Positions 1 through 7,655 of a stretch of DNA of 14,140 nt are shown here, piece by piece. Location of the stretch: positions 1 through 14,140 of the forward strand of contig JBEKOM010000016.1 in assembly GCA_049521795.1 (NCBI GenBank). Direction: 5' to 3'. The number at the start of each line of letters is the position of its first letter. Position 1 is the stretch's first letter. This DNA is from Candidatus Bathyarchaeia archaeon. Its GTDB lineage: Archaea; Thermoproteota; Bathyarchaeia; Bathyarchaeales; Bathycorpusculaceae. A program made the position numbers and the translations under genes. The notes under the pieces are model-generated. The model was not told the DNA's origin. It made no database searches and worked only from the letters and a program-made list of their open reading frames with translations.

Positions 1-305
1 AGAACCTTCTCAATTATCGGTAGATCGCCGATCTCCGCTCTGAACCAAGCAGTATTCCCGATCCTCTTGCCTTCAGGAACTCTACCGATAACAGCCAAGG
101 CACTTTCTGCATGATCAATTCGTAGCTGTGAGTTTATCAGTGTCGTTACGAAAAAGTCAATGTCTTCTTCTGGTACCTGCCACTTGTTCGCGTTGACGCT
201 TGTGTCTATCGCTATGCCTTCAATGTTTACGAGCTTTTCTCGCAGCGCAAACTCGGCGCTTACGCCTTCTTGCGCCTTGAATGGAACGAAGTACTTTAGC
301 TGCAT
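1..305 (-). CDS. Putative prohead (capsid maturation) protease, 5' part only
   Basis: Not in the ORF track because it has no stop in the window. ATG at 305 reads MQLKYFVPFKAQEGVSAEFALREKLVNIEGIAIDTSVNANKWQVPEEDIDFFVTTLINSQLRIDHAESALAVIGRV... The IEGxA...N.N....LRIDH....VIGRV pattern resembles HK97/herpes-fold prohead proteases, and it lies downstream of the portal. Confidence 0.75.
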   Translation of the reverse strand, partial: MQLKYFVPFKAQEGVSAEFALREKLVNIEGIAIDTSVNANKWQVPEEDIDFFVTTLINSQLRIDHAESALAVIGRVPEGKRIGNTAWFRAEIGDLPIIEKV

Positions 306-382
306 CTATGGCACCACAACTTACTCACTTCAAACTCTTCCTTGAAAACTCATTTTGTTTACACCTCAAAACTAGCTGGGCC

Positions 383-823
383 CTAACCAGAGCCCGTTAT
401 GTCGATATTGAAACTGAAAGACGTGAACCCTACCACAGAAGAACTAACGGTCAAGATCAGCGTGACCGGTAACGAAGCATTCGGCTGAATCACTGTCCCT
501 GCAGCGTAACTCCAGGTAAGCGTTATGTAAGTTGCTGCGCCAGTTGGGTTCCAGGAATCTGTGCCTAAGCTCAGCGTAATCGGCACATTGCTCGTGCTCT
601 TAATGTATGTTTGATTGTTCGTTATGCTCCCAGGCGAAAGAACACCCCAGCTTATGCTTGTCACATTCTGCGAGCAGGCAGCGTCGCTGAACACGTTGAC
701 ACCGACAGCCGTGATGGTGCCAGTGCTCTGTATTCGCACCATCGCAGACTGCAAGGAGAATGCAATGACAACTGACATGGCGAGGATGGCAAGCAAGATC
801 GCTATTCCACGAGCAAAGTTCAT
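383..823 (-). CDS. Secreted or membrane-anchored Ser/Thr-rich beta-sandwich protein (146 aa)
   Basis: ATG at 823 follows GGAGG (835-831), so it is preferred over the track's GTG at 868. N-terminal MNFARGIAILLAILAMSVVIAFS is a signal/TM helix, followed by alternating beta-strand patterns and N-x-S/T sequons (NVT, NQT, NAS). Confidence 0.85.
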   Translation of the reverse strand: MNFARGIAILLAILAMSVVIAFSLQSAMVRIQSTGTITAVGVNVFSDAACSQNVTSISWGVLSPGSITNNQTYIKSTSNVPITLSLGTDSWNPTGAATYITLTWSYAAGTVIQPNASLPVTLILTVSSSVVGFTSFSFNIDITGSG

Positions 824-848
824 TTTTTGACCTCCAAAGTTTTTGATT

Positions 849-932
849 GTCACTGCTTGAAGCCGCACTGAAACCGCTCAGGAGAAAGGGAAAGGCTTCG
901 AGAACGGAAAAAGCGCAACCTCAAGCAGTAAC
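849..932 (-). other. Long intergenic RNA hairpin (21-bp outer stem, 6-bp inner stem)
   Basis: On the minus strand GTTACTGCTTGAGGTTGCGCT (932-912) pairs fully with AGTGCGGCTTCAAGCAGTGAC (869-849), using 5 G-U pairs. The inner stem is CCGTTC (907-902) with GAGCGG (879-874), closing a pyrimidine-rich loop. Confidence 0.8.
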
Positions 933-947
933 TATGAAAAAGGCTTT

Positions 948-1262
948 TCAGCCTTCGACTCTGCTAATATTCATGTAAGCGTTAACGAAGCGGCGGCGCC
1001 ACTCATCAAACGCTTTAAAGTCAAGCACGCTCTGAATCTCGCTTTTCAGGTGCGAGTCAAGCCACTTTCTGACTTGTTCACGAGTTTTGAACGTGTTCTT
1101 CTCAAACATGTAGTTCTCGATTTCCCAACGGGCTGAGCCCCTGATGCGACCGAGGGTAATCTTGACGCCTTTCCCGAGTTCCTTAACCCGCATCTTGTCA
1201 AACTTACTCGGGTCCTGTACTCGGTAGTGCCAAACAGTCTCTCCTTCTTCAAGTCCAGGCAT
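948..1262 (-). CDS. Hypothetical head-module viral protein (104 aa)
   Basis: ATG at 1262 (MPGLEEGETVWHYRVQDPSKF...) lies 1 nt after the upstream TAA, implying translational coupling. The R-x-x-DP-x-x-F...F.K..F.....V.KWL..H pattern resembles a small domain recalled from phage head modules (unverified). Confidence 0.75.
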   Translation of the reverse strand: MPGLEEGETVWHYRVQDPSKFDKMRVKELGKGVKITLGRIRGSARWEIENYMFEKNTFKTREQVRKWLDSHLKSEIQSVLDFKAFDEWRRRFVNAYMNISRVEG

Positions 1263-1263
1263 A

Positions 1264-1545
1264 TTAGTTCGCCAACCACTCAGCCAACTCAAGACAAGCC
1301 TTCAACAAGATTGACTTCACTTTTACGTTTCTGCGCCCATTATCAATGAAAAGGACATAGGTCGTCTGGTCAGCAGGCACTACAAGACGCATCAAACCGT
1401 TGTAGTGATATTTTTTCGGGTCCATCTTCCCGTAAAAGAATCGTCTCACCCGGCAGTACATGCAGCTCCAATGGTAACGCTGAAGAGGATGCCCGCAGAG
1501 CGTGCGACACGGCATCTTTGGCAATAGGTCACTTAACTTTCGCAT
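1264..1545 (-). CDS. Small basic hypothetical protein with Cys/His cluster
   Basis: 93-aa ORF with CRTLCGH...HWSCMYC, coupled to the next gene (TAA-T-ATG) and on the same strand as the head module. Confidence 0.65.
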   Translation of the reverse strand: MRKLSDLLPKMPCRTLCGHPLQRYHWSCMYCRVRRFFYGKMDPKKYHYNGLMRLVVPADQTTYVLFIDNGRRNVKVKSILLKACLELAEWLAN

Positions 1546-1701
1546 TCAACCCGCTAACCTTTGTCAAATTGTGCAGATTTGCCATAGCGAGGATGACGAA
1601 TTCTTTCGGGCCCCATCATTACTTTAACTCCACTCTCTCCACTCTTCTACAACGTCGCATAGACAAACGCCTTTTAACTCTGAAAATCCGAGCTTTCGAC
1701 C

Positions 1702-1908
1702 GTGGCCAATAATCCCTTCACTAAGGCGAACCTGATGTCTAATGATTGTTTGACCAAACCATGCAGCATGTGCGGCAATCGTATTCAAGGCGGCAACTAC
1801 TACTGCCCAACATGCAAGATCTGCATCTGCTTCGGCTGCGCACTGAGAATGATCAGCAAAGACAACTATCCCCTAAAATGCCCAATGTGCGGCACAAAAC
1901 TTCAGTAA
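1702..1908 (+). CDS. Small zinc-finger protein (four CxxC pairs)
   Basis: CSMC, CPTC, CFGC and CPMC in under 60 aa, with RING/treble-clef-like spacing. Start is GTG 1702 (leaderless after TTTTAAC at 1672-1678) or ATG 1735. Confidence 0.75.
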   Translation: MANNPFTKANLMSNDCLTKPCSMCGNRIQGGNYYCPTCKICICFGCALRMISKDNYPLKCPMCGTKLQ

Positions 1909-1948
1909 CAGGAGCTGGGACATTTCTCCAGGCACTCTTGACGCGCTA

Positions 1949-1957
1949 TTTTAAATA
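1949..1957 (+). promoter_or_regulatory. Putative archaeal TATA box for the SHOCT-domain gene
   Basis: TTTTAAATA about 36 nt upstream of ATG 1993. Confidence 0.5.
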
Positions 1958-1992
1958 AGTTGTCCGCGTGCTTAGTTTATGAGGGAGACACC

Positions 1993-2871
1993 ATGGACGA
2001 AAACATGGAGACGATGAAAAGACGTCTTGAATTTCTAATAAATGAAAGACAGCAAAAACAAGCAGAATTGGAGCAACTGGCTAAATCATCAAAAAAGACA
2101 GGCGTAAGCGGTGTTTTACACGCGATGCTAGGGGACGGTGTAGAAACACACATGCTCGAGATGCAACAGATGAAAGCGAGAGCTGCCGACCTCAACAGTC
2201 AAATTCGAAGTCTGGATTTTGAGATTAATACGTTAAGAAGTGCCCTATCTTCAAGTTCTTCTGCAGTGGTTCCTTCCAGAACGCGTAGATTTACGTGCCC
2301 AAACTGCGGAGTCTCCAGAGACATTCCCTATAACAGCGAAGGTTATGCGAATATCAGCAAGTCTAAAGCGGGTATATGCAAGACTTGTTATAAACCATTC
2401 AAGGTCAATGTTGACGAGAAAACGGATACGTGGTTATTTGAATCTTTACGGGAGAATCCCACGTTCTATATTCACTCTCCTTCACTTAATGCTGATTTGG
2501 CTTACACAGAACTTCTAATGCCCGATAATGCGCGAGAGAATCTACTCAATATAGCAAAGCAACTTGAAAAGGGCGATGAGGCTGGAGCGCGAGGAGAGCT
2601 GGAAAATATCTACACAACTTATCCAGTGCAAGTATGGACGATATTGTTTAACAAAGGGTTGCATAGATTCGTCATGCCCTTCACAGTTGGTTGTCAGAGA
2701 TGTGGGGTCGGCATTCCCAGAGAGAGACTAGGCAATTGTCCGATTTGCAAAGATGCAGTGGTTCAAAAGAAGACAGCTGAAGACCCAATGCAGATACTAA
2801 AGCTAAGGTTGGCAAAGGGCGAAATCTCTAAAGAAGAATATGAGGACTTGAAGAAAAGTGTCGAGAGTTAG
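1993..2871 (+). CDS. Coiled-coil / double zinc-ribbon / C-terminal SHOCT domain protein
   Basis: N-terminal heptad-rich helices, then CPNC...CKTC and CQRC...CPIC ribbons. The C-terminus EDPMQILKLRLAKGEISKEEYEDLKK matches the SHOCT consensus. ATG 1993 after GAGGGAG is preferred over TTG 1960. Confidence 0.85.
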   Translation: MDENMETMKRRLEFLINERQQKQAELEQLAKSSKKTGVSGVLHAMLGDGVETHMLEMQQMKARAADLNSQIRSLDFEINTLRSALSSSSSAVVPSRTRRFTCPNCGVSRDIPYNSEGYANISKSKAGICKTCYKPFKVNVDEKTDTWLFESLRENPTFYIHSPSLNADLAYTELLMPDNARENLLNIAKQLEKGDEAGARGELENIYTTYPVQVWTILFNKGLHRFVMPFTVGCQRCGVGIPRERLGNCPICKDAVVQKKTAEDPMQILKLRLAKGEISKEEYEDLKKSVES

Positions 2872-2881
2872 CGCGTCATTT

Positions 2882-4267
2882 TTATGCAGATTCTGTCTGC
2901 TGAAGAGGCAGCGAAATAGGCTTCGCTTGCTCAGGTTCCGTAGCAAGTGCTGTTCCGGCGCTTATCTGTTCTTCTCCTTCTTCAGGTTCAGCTGGAAGGC
3001 CTAGGGCTAGCCTTGCCTCAGATATTGTAGCAATTCCGTTCTGCACAAGAGCGACGTAGTAAGCGGCTTTCTCCTGTGTCGTCGGCTCCCAGATCGGACG
3101 CCATTTAACTGTCGGAATCTCGACGCCTTCACCAAACTTGCTTTCAATCAGCTGCCTAAACAAGTCTGTTTCCAGCGTGTCTCCCATAAGCTCCTGAAGC
3201 ATCCGCAGCCTAGTGATATATTCCTGCATCACGATTTCGGCAGTCGCACGGTTCGTTCCTTCACTCTCTCCCAAGAAGATTTTCGGGACGCCTAGAACGG
3301 CTTCACGCTGCCTATGAAGGTAATCAAGCCACCATTGAACGTTGATCTCTCGCGTCATGCTCTGAATGACCTTGGCGTTCACGTCGCCTCGCACGAACAC
3401 ATCCGTCGCCGGCTGCCGGTCTTGAAAAGCCTGAACAAGCTGGGCTAACTGCGTATCGCCCCAAGGAATCTCCGGTGTTCCTGCTTGGACGACAAGCATC
3501 GGCTTAGTGTACACCTTCATTATGGTTGCCATGTCCGTCTGAAAATCATCGATCAACGCTTGAATCAACAGAAGCGGCCTCAACTGGCTCGTACCATAGC
3601 TGTACTCGAACCACCAGCTCTTAGCACCCCAGCGAAAGTGCACAATGTCCTGAGCCGTGAAGACAACTGGGGGAAAAGTGAGCAGCTGAACGTAGCCGAA
3701 CACGTTGCCGTAAGCATCACCACGGACCCGCATGTGAACAGGATCCAGAGGCTTAAGCCATTCTATTGTGCCATCTTCGTGCCGACAGAGTTCTAAGTAT
3801 GCGTTTCCTGAAACCAGCATGTCTGTTGCGATGATCCTCAGGGTTTGAAGGATGTTCTGCTCGTCAAGCCAGTTCGTGAGCCATTCTCGAACAGCGTCGT
3901 CTCCGCCTTCGAGTTCAAACCCGTTGCTCAAAGCAAGGTTAATGGTCACATCGATTGAAGCCTTGATGTACGGCGTGAACGTGTACATGTCCTTGTACTT
4001 TGGTAGGTCCTCGACGGGTGTGGCTCCCCAGATCCGTTCCCAGTAGGCCATGTATGGCGGAGTGACGAAGCCGACGCCTGAGGCTTTAAGCATGTACTTT
4101 GTGACGTAGCCCCACAAAGCCTGGTCCTGCTTCCAAGCAACGGGGATCTCCTCTTCGATCTGCCGCCTGCTCATGTCAGGGGGAACTTGCCGTTGAGCCT
4201 GAAACCTGCTCGTGAATTCTCGAATCGCCATAAGACCCTTCTTAACTCTCTTCGCAACGAAACTCAT
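2882..4267 (-). CDS. Phage portal protein
   Basis: Motifs typical of HK97-like portals: DMLVSGNAYLE, LKPLDPVHM, DIVHFR, YGTSQL, LGVPKIFLG, NRATAE, GIATISEARLALGLP. It lies directly downstream of TerL; an alternative TTG start is at 4273. Confidence 0.93.
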   Translation of the reverse strand: MSFVAKRVKKGLMAIREFTSRFQAQRQVPPDMSRRQIEEEIPVAWKQDQALWGYVTKYMLKASGVGFVTPPYMAYWERIWGATPVEDLPKYKDMYTFTPYIKASIDVTINLALSNGFELEGGDDAVREWLTNWLDEQNILQTLRIIATDMLVSGNAYLELCRHEDGTIEWLKPLDPVHMRVRGDAYGNVFGYVQLLTFPPVVFTAQDIVHFRWGAKSWWFEYSYGTSQLRPLLLIQALIDDFQTDMATIMKVYTKPMLVVQAGTPEIPWGDTQLAQLVQAFQDRQPATDVFVRGDVNAKVIQSMTREINVQWWLDYLHRQREAVLGVPKIFLGESEGTNRATAEIVMQEYITRLRMLQELMGDTLETDLFRQLIESKFGEGVEIPTVKWRPIWEPTTQEKAAYYVALVQNGIATISEARLALGLPAEPEEGEEQISAGTALATEPEQAKPISLPLQQTESA

Positions 4268-4276
4268 TTTCAACGC

Positions 4277-5671
4277 CTATCGATGTGGAAGCATGAACGC
4301 GCCTCTTCCAGGAAGTGGCGCTTTGACAGAAGCGTAGACAGCTAAGGCTGCGGACCAGAAAACGTCATCGTGACCGCCCTCCGGATGGCTGAACCTCAGA
4401 TGTCCTGTCTTCATTAACTCGTACTTTTCAATGTTCAACTCAGCCGTCAAGTCGACGTCTTCCAACTTTCTGGCGGGCACGTACGGAATCTTGACCTCAG
4501 CGGTACGCATTTTTTCCCGCATAATCGTAGCCATCTCTTCCTTCGACTGCACTGTGAAGGTTATTCCCTGGACAGCCTGTATCCCGCTGCGGATCATATC
4601 CTCGACGATGTAGCCTCCGACGCCAGTGATGTCAGCGTATACAGCTCTCACTTCATGCCACCGGTCCTGCAGACTCTTCACGTAGCCGATAACGCTTGCA
4701 TACTCAGTCTTCAGCCGAAACCTGTGTACATGCACTATCCGCAGTACAGGACCCGTTTTCTGAGCCACCAGGACAACGCTGAAGTCCTGCTCCTTGCCGA
4801 AGTCAACGCCAACGTAAAACTCGCCCACGGGCCCGTCTTGAAAGTCATATGGCTGCAGTTGACTATCGATGCAGCTAACGATCAAGCTTTGCGTAAGCCA
4901 AGCGTCGACGTCCTCAACAAACTCGGCCTGAAACTCCCGCTGAAAACGTTCAAAGGGCAGCTGAGCACGCATCTCATCAATGAAACTCTGCTTGATGAGG
5001 CCGGACTGCACGACGTCCTCGCACGTGACAACGTGCTTGCTGAACTCGCTGCTCTGGCACATCCGGTAGAAAACGCTGTCTTTGCTCCAAGGCGTGCTCG
5101 AGGCGATGAGTGTGCCATCAGTTGTCGCCAGCATAGGATACAGCACGTTGTAAAAAACAAGATCATCTTCGCGGAAGAAAGCAGCCTCGTCGCAGACAAC
5201 CTGATGAGCTGTGTAACCGCGCAGGAGCTGTGGACTGTTGGGCAGTATGACGATTCTGCTTCCATTTTTGAACCGGATTACGGTTCGTTGTTGCCTGTCT
5301 ATTAGGACCCTCTTCTGCTTTTCAGGGAGGCTTGCGAGGTAGTCTTGGACCCTGTCGCCCATGATCATGCTTTGTCTGAGCGATGGCGCCACGATAAGCG
5401 TCAAAGTCTTGCTGTTTGTCAGCGCATACCATAGGGCCCTAAGCGCGAGAGTAGTCGTTTTTCCAGCTTGTCTTGCCCAGCGGACGACGATCCGTTTTGC
5501 CTTGTCTTCGAGGAGACTTTTTTGATACTCTTTCGGTTGGAAGCTGAAGAGGGCAGCAACAAACTGGACCGGGTCTTCAGGCAGTGTAGGCTTTGGAATC
5601 GTCTCCTCGCTTCTGGTCTCCTTGAGCTTCTGCTTGACTCTCTTTAGCTTTGCTTTGTTTCTTGATCTCAT
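4277..5671 (-). CDS. terL: Terminase large subunit
   Basis: YQ adenine-binding motif, Walker A ARQAGKT, Walker B VVCDEAA, coupling motif SSTP, RNase H-like nuclease GVDFG, YADITGVG and C-terminal HDD. Confidence 0.96.
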   Translation of the reverse strand: MRSRNKAKLKRVKQKLKETRSEETIPKPTLPEDPVQFVAALFSFQPKEYQKSLLEDKAKRIVVRWARQAGKTTTLALRALWYALTNSKTLTLIVAPSLRQSMIMGDRVQDYLASLPEKQKRVLIDRQQRTVIRFKNGSRIVILPNSPQLLRGYTAHQVVCDEAAFFREDDLVFYNVLYPMLATTDGTLIASSTPWSKDSVFYRMCQSSEFSKHVVTCEDVVQSGLIKQSFIDEMRAQLPFERFQREFQAEFVEDVDAWLTQSLIVSCIDSQLQPYDFQDGPVGEFYVGVDFGKEQDFSVVLVAQKTGPVLRIVHVHRFRLKTEYASVIGYVKSLQDRWHEVRAVYADITGVGGYIVEDMIRSGIQAVQGITFTVQSKEEMATIMREKMRTAEVKIPYVPARKLEDVDLTAELNIEKYELMKTGHLRFSHPEGGHDDVFWSAALAVYASVKAPLPGRGAFMLPHR

Positions 5672-5927
5672 CTACAAGCCGTTCCAACTCAGCAAGGTCC
5701 TCATCCATCTGCCTCTCATCATAGCCGTTTGCGAGGTTACCCATGATCTGCGCGATATAGGCAGCCACGTGGGCCCACATCTGCCGCTGCTTCAACGTTA
5801 TCGGCTGCTTCTTACCGTCGACCCTTTGCCATTTCATTTGGCCACTCGCAATCTGCGTGGCGAAAGCAAAAAGCTGGTCGAGCCGCTCGATCGTCCTCGT
5901 CCTCAAACGTTGCGTGTCAAACTTCAC
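5577..5927 (-). CDS. Putative terminase small subunit (true start may be further upstream)
   Basis: Small helical protein immediately upstream of terL and overlapping it by 95 nt. The assignment rests on position and size only. Confidence 0.6.
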   Translation of the reverse strand: MKFDTQRLRTRTIERLDQLFAFATQIASGQMKWQRVDGKKQPITLKQRQMWAHVAAYIAQIMGNLANGYDERQMDEDLAELERLVDEIKKQSKAKESQAEAQGDQKRGDDSKAYTA

Positions 5928-6013
5928 GGTGCGTCGAAGCTGAAAAATACGGCGGCCTACCAGAACAATAAGGCCCGGATTACCCTTTATTGTTCTCTAC
6001 CCTCCTCTATTTT

Positions 6014-6235
6014 TCACCGCTGAAAGCTTCCCTGGCCACGCGGGTCCACAAGAACTTCGCCCTTCAGGACATCTGGAACATCGCTCAGTTGGACTGCCTT
6101 ATTTAAGAATGCGAGGACGTCTTCGCGCGTTGTCTTGCTCACCGTTTCACAGACTATCCTGTCAGTGTAACTTAGCGCGAAGATTATCCTGCGGACCTGT
6201 CTCTGCAATAATTTGTCTTTGCTTCTTTTGTGCAA
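6014..6235 (-). CDS. Hypothetical protein (73 aa), first gene of the packaging operon
   Basis: TTG start preceded by a GGTGA SD; co-oriented with terS/terL. Confidence 0.55.
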   Translation of the reverse strand: MHKRSKDKLLQRQVRRIIFALSYTDRIVCETVSKTTREDVLAFLNKAVQLSDVPDVLKGEVLVDPRGQGSFQR

Positions 6236-6392
6236 AATACTTCACCGTGATGCCACTCAACGGCGGCCAGAATGCTAACGGGAACGAACAATCAACCTGA
6301 TATGAGGCGTATCCTAGAAAAGAAGGTTATTGCACAGAGATAAACAGTCAGCATCAACAACGATAATATACACGCGCGTTCAACTGTTCCGT

Positions 6393-6638
6393 ATGCGGCG
6401 AGGCACGAAAGAAATAGCTGCTGCTGTCTTGGAAGAAGTTATTAAGGGTCCTAATCTGGCTCCAGGCAGAATATTCGCTCGAGCAGGCACAAACTACGAG
6501 TTCAGAAAAATCGTTATGGACAACGGTTTAGTGCAGCGCGAGAAAACCGGGAAAGGAAGCACGAGATTGCATGTGACAGAGAAAGGCCGGATGTTCCTGA
6601 CACATTACCGCGTTTGCAACGAGCTTTTGCCCTCTTAA
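6393..6638 (+). CDS. Winged helix-turn-helix transcription regulator (81 aa)
   Basis: MRRGTKEIAAAVLE...IFARAGTNY...NGLV...LHVTEKGRMFL is the archaeal wHTH pattern ending in (I/V)TEKG. ATG 6393 is ~25 nt after ATAATATA (6363-6370), so it is probably leaderless. Confidence 0.85.
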   Translation: MRRGTKEIAAAVLEEVIKGPNLAPGRIFARAGTNYEFRKIVMDNGLVQREKTGKGSTRLHVTEKGRMFLTHYRVCNELLPS

Positions 6639-6689
6639 CGCGCGTGAGTTGAATATGATTAAGGCAGTTGAACACAGTTCGTTCTGAGA

Positions 6690-7655
6690 CTAGGCAGATT
6701 CTGACAATACTTTCTTGATTGCTTCTACGAAGAGGTTACTCTTATAGATTAGAACGCCGTCTGCGGCTGGTTTTTCTAAGGTGAGATCAGCCCTAGAAAC
6801 GACATCAACTTTTTTCGGAATTATTTCTATGGGTAATTCATAATATTCCTTCCCTTTGTAGCAATCTGAGAACCTGAAGTCCCTAAGTACCTCGACGTAT
6901 TTCGAAAAAGTTCCTGGCACAAATAGTGCTTCCAAATCAATGAGAATTTTGAATTCACGGCCAGCAGTAGTTTCTCTCGCCAATCTGCGGAGCTCGGGAA
7001 TGGCCATATGTTGTCGCCGTGGATCTTTCTCGGCCATTACAGTGAAAAATGTCTTTAGTCTTCTGATGAAGGCAGGAGGTATCGTGTTCTTGAGCTCATT
7101 GTGAACGCCAACGTCAACTGTTACATCAACTGATCTTAGATCAAATCTCCCAAACCTGTCACGCAGTACTTTAGGATGCTTCATTTGAGCAGACATCCAA
7201 TATTCGTCTTTTTGAGGTCCTCCAGGTTCATGTCCTTGAGTCCTGTCGACCAGGTCATCGAGGAGTGAAGGATCATCAATCTGGTACGTGGTTGACATTG
7301 ATATCAGATCAGATTCAGAAGGGAGCAGTTCTGGAAATAAAACATATGAAATGTGGCCATCTTCATACTCATATCGCTTGATAGCCTCTCTAACAGTTCT
7401 TGGGAAAGGGTGAAGAGAAGAGGCAGAGACTCTGACGATGGAAGGCGCACTGATCTCGATAGTATTTCTAACAGACCTAAAGTTTTGGGGTATGCTTACT
7501 GCCAATGTATATTCTACAACAGATTCAGGTACGTTTATTGTAGCTTCTTGGTTTAGAATTTTTGTTTTTGGTATCTTCTCCCAAATCTTGTATACATACT
7601 CTGCAATTTGGAAGAATGATTTAGCCATCCTTTCTTCCAAGTCCTTTACCTCCAA
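6690..7655 (-). CDS. Hypothetical protein (~320 aa), gene B of a two-gene cassette
   Basis: Long clean ORF coupled to the upstream gene. Start is TTG 7655, TTG 7640 (best spacing from GGAGGT) or ATG 7628. No motif, signal peptide or TM segment recognised. Confidence 0.85.
   Translation of the reverse strand: MEVKDLEERMAKSFFQIAEYVYKIWEKIPKTKILNQEATINVPESVVEYTLAVSIPQNFRSVRNTIEISAPSIVRVSASSLHPFPRTVREAIKRYEYEDGHISYVLFPELLPSESDLISMSTTYQIDDPSLLDDLVDRTQGHEPGGPQKDEYWMSAQMKHPKVLRDRFGRFDLRSVDVTVDVGVHNELKNTIPPAFIRRLKTFFTVMAEKDPRRQHMAIPELRRLARETTAGREFKILIDLEALFVPGTFSKYVEVLRDFRFSDCYKGKEYYELPIEIIPKKVDVVSRADLTLEKPAADGVLIYKSNLFVEAIKKVLSESA

Noticed and set aside
1628-1645. 9-bp tandem CTCCACTCT x2 as target-site duplication of the antisense cassette
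   Set aside because: The copies are adjacent rather than flanking the cassette.
3485-4140. ORFs overlapping the portal gene
   Set aside because: Antisense or alternate-frame shadows of a confident CDS.
5267-5276. 10-bp inverted match to the tRNA T arm (CCGGTTCAAA) as a possible att site
   Set aside because: Short, inverted and inside terL coding sequence; chance level.
4431-5305. Long alternative ORFs in terL (4655-5305 +, 4882-5265 -, 4431-4613 +)
   Set aside because: Shadow frames fully inside a motif-complete terminase gene, with no independent signals.
5577-5671. 95-nt terS/terL overlap as a programmed frameshift
   Set aside because: No clear slippery heptamer with downstream structure, terL has its own ATG, and terS/terL overlaps are common.
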